64,000 nucleotides of DNA, taken from assembly GCA_965208025.1 (NCBI GenBank), contig OZ242302.1, positions 176,696 to 240,695 of the forward strand, given 5' to 3'. The DNA is from Rhodothermales bacterium (GTDB lineage: Bacteria; Bacteroidota; Rhodothermia; Rhodothermales; Bin80). Both the position numbers and the translations under genes were made by a program. The notes under the pieces are model-generated. The model made no database searches. It was not told where the DNA came from and was given only the letters and a program-made list of their open reading frames with translations. Positions 61,986-64,000 of the stretch are shown here, piece after piece (position 1 is the first letter of the stretch; each line of letters opens with the position of its first letter).

Positions 61986-63176
61986 ATGGCAAAGGAAGTA
62001 TTCCAGCGTACGAAGCCGCATGTGAATGTCGGCACGATCGGACATGTGGATCACGGCAAGACGACCTTGACCGCAGCGATCACTCGGGTCTTGAATGATC
62101 GTATCGGAGGGACGGAGATCCGTTCGTTTGATTCCATTGATAACGCGCCCGAAGAGCGGGAGCGTGGGATCACGATTGCGACGGCGCATGTGGAGTATGA
62201 GACCTCGGAACGGCACTACGCCCATGTGGACTGTCCAGGACACGCGGACTATGTAAAGAACATGGTGACGGGTGCAGCGCAGATGGATGGAGCGATCCTG
62301 GTGGTGGATGCGTCGGATGGCCCGATGCCCCAAACCCGCGAGCATATCCTGTTGGCGCGTCAGGTAGGGGTTCCCTACATTGTGGTCTTCATGAACAAGG
62401 TGGATCTGGTTGATGATGAGGAGCTCCTGGAGTTGGTGGAGATGGAGATCCGGGATCTTCTGAGCGCATATGAATTTCCAGGGGAGGATCTTCCGATTGT
62501 TCAGGGTTCCGCACTGGGCGCATTGAATGGGGAGTCGGAGTGGGAAGAGACCGTGCTCAAATTGATGTCCGCGGTGGATTCCTATGTTCCCACACCGGAT
62601 CGGGATAAGGATAAGCCATTTTTGATGCCGGTGGAGGATGTATTCTCAATCACGGGGCGTGGAACGGTCGCGACGGGTCGGGTAGAGCGGGGGATCGTAC
62701 GTACAGGGGAGAAAGTGGAGATTGTAGGGATTCGTCCTGAGACAACGACGACGACGGTCACGGGTGTGGAGATGTTTCGTAAGATATTGGATGAGGGGCA
62801 GGCAGGAGATAATGTAGGGTTGCTCTTGCGCGGGATCTCTAAGGATGGAGTAGAGCGAGGGCAGGTGATCGTGCATCCGAACTCAATTGAGCCGCATCAG
62901 GAGTTTCGTTGTGAGGTATATGTACTGAGCAAGGATGAGGGAGGTCGTCACACGCCATTTTTCCCAGGGTACCGCCCCCAATTTTATTTTCGGACGACAG
63001 ATGTGACAGGAGATATAGAGTTACCTTCTGGGACGGAGATGGTGATGCCGGGCGACAACACGCAGTTCCGCGTGAAATTGATCCAGCCGGTAGCAATGGA
63101 GAAGGGATTGCGTTTTGCGATCCGTGAAGGAGGGCGAACAGTCGGTGCAGGTGTAGTCACCGAAATTCTTGACTGA
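61986..63176 (+). CDS. tuf: Elongation factor Tu
   Basis: [20 protein letters not shown] and GRTVGAG. Confidence 0.99.
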   Translation: MAKEVFQRTKPHVNVGTIGHVDHGKTTLTAAITRVLNDRIGGTEIRSFDSIDNAPEERERGITIATAHVEYETSERHYAHVDCPGHADYVKNMVTGAAQMDGAILVVDASDGPMPQTREHILLARQVGVPYIVVFMNKVDLVDDEELLELVEMEIRDLLSAYEFPGEDLPIVQGSALGALNGESEWEETVLKLMSAVDSYVPTPDRDKDKPFLMPVEDVFSITGRGTVATGRVERGIVRTGEKVEIVGIRPETTTTTVTGVEMFRKILDEGQAGDNVGLLLRGISKDGVERGQVIVHPNSIEPHQEFRCEVYVLSKDEGGRHTPFFPGYRPQFYFRTTDVTGDIELPSGTEMVMPGDNTQFRVKLIQPVAMEKGLRFAIREGGRTVGAGVVTEILD

Positions 63177-63190
63177 ATTCTTGCCAATTA

Positions 63191-63263
<73 letters not shown>

Positions 63264-63278
63264 CAAATTAATCCACCC

Positions 63279-63476
63279 ATGAAAAAAATTATTCATAAAA
63301 CTCGAAACTACCTTGAAGAGGTAGCGACTGAGATGCGCAAGGCCAGTTGGCCCCAACGTAGAGAACTCATCAATCATACGGTGATCACCCTCGTAGCGAG
63401 CTTTGTGCTTGCATTGTTCATATTTGGTGCTGATCGAGTGATTAGTTATGTTCTTGACGTGATTTATCCAGGATAA
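63279..63476 (+). CDS. secE: Preprotein translocase subunit SecE
   Basis: EMRKASWPQRREL plus a TM helix, located between tRNA-Trp and nusG. Confidence 0.92.
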   Translation: MKKIIHKTRNYLEEVATEMRKASWPQRRELINHTVITLVASFVLALFIFGADRVISYVLDVIYPG

Positions 63477-63491
63477 CTGCTGCAATACAGA

Positions 63492-64000
63492 ATGAATCAC
63501 CCACAGAAAACTAAATTCAAGTGGTATGCCCTGCAAACATTTTCCGGGCATGAAAAAAAAGTAAAAGAATTCATCATCGAGACCATTGAGCGTGAAGGTT
63601 TAGCAGACCAACTCGGTGATATTCTGATTCCTACGCAAAATATCTTCGTGATGCGTGGAGGAAAAAAACGTACGCGGGAAAAAACTGATTTCCCTGGATA
63701 CATGCTGGTGAATGCGGCGCTTGACAAGCAATTGGCGTATGTGTTCAAAGAGCAAGTATTCAAAATCAAGAGAGAAGCCATTAAATGGTTGCCCTCCCGG
63801 GACCGCCCAGAGCCCCTCCTGCAAGAAGACATCAATCGGATTCTAGGTCGACTTGATGAAGCAAGGGAGACTGGTGATAAACCGGAAATTCCCTTCGCTA
63901 CTGGGGATGCAATCCGAGTGATTGATGGTCCATTCAATAATTTTTCGGGGGTTGTGGACGATGTGTATCCCGACAAGATGAAAGTTCGAGTCATGGTGTC
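63492..64000 (+). CDS. nusG: Transcription termination/antitermination factor NusG (3'-truncated by window edge)
   Basis: Translated by hand (absent from the ORF track): KWYALQTFSGHEKKV, FPGY and KOW motif GDAIRVIDGPFNNFSGVV. Confidence 0.95.
   Translation, partial: MNHPQKTKFKWYALQTFSGHEKKVKEFIIETIEREGLADQLGDILIPTQNIFVMRGGKKRTREKTDFPGYMLVNAALDKQLAYVFKEQVFKIKREAIKWLPSRDRPEPLLQEDINRILGRLDEARETGDKPEIPFATGDAIRVIDGPFNNFSGVVDDVYPDKMKVRVMV

Overview
The window is mostly housekeeping chromosome from an FCB-group bacterium. Rhodothermota-like affinity is an inference from the tRNA-Thr/Tyr/Gly/Thr-tuf-tRNA-Trp-secE-nusG cluster, exbB-hyp-exbD-exbD, SusD-free TonB receptors and a PorV-family gene. Core genes include fabI, an L,D-transpeptidase, two NfeD genes, an ECF-FecR-TonB receptor module, nupC, pcrA/uvrD, acs, a C-terminal protease, an IDH-family enzyme, a full trp operon with trpS inside it, VKOR-DsbA, tkt, queA and ispD/ispF. 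Three regions stand out. (1) At 23.1-33.9 kb, three tandem, intact ~3-kb Type IIG-like fused nuclease/methyltransferase genes are almost identical over the first ~2.2 kb. They carry different combinations of two variable patches in the C-terminal putative target-recognition region (A1B1, A1B2, A2B2), and copy 2 is copy 1 with a ~0.23-kb tract matching copy 3. An IS630 sits in one spacer, with its empty TA site visible in the other. (2) At 49.3-55.9 kb, a TonB-dependent receptor, an FN3/T9SS-CTD-like protein and a PorV-family barrel form an operon with no SusD, preceded by a LacI-type operator-like palindrome. (3) At 56.3-58.5 kb, an internally deleted IS1634-family element has 12-bp inverted repeats and a 113-bp target duplication. 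All calls come from visual motif recognition and manual alignment; no database searches were run.
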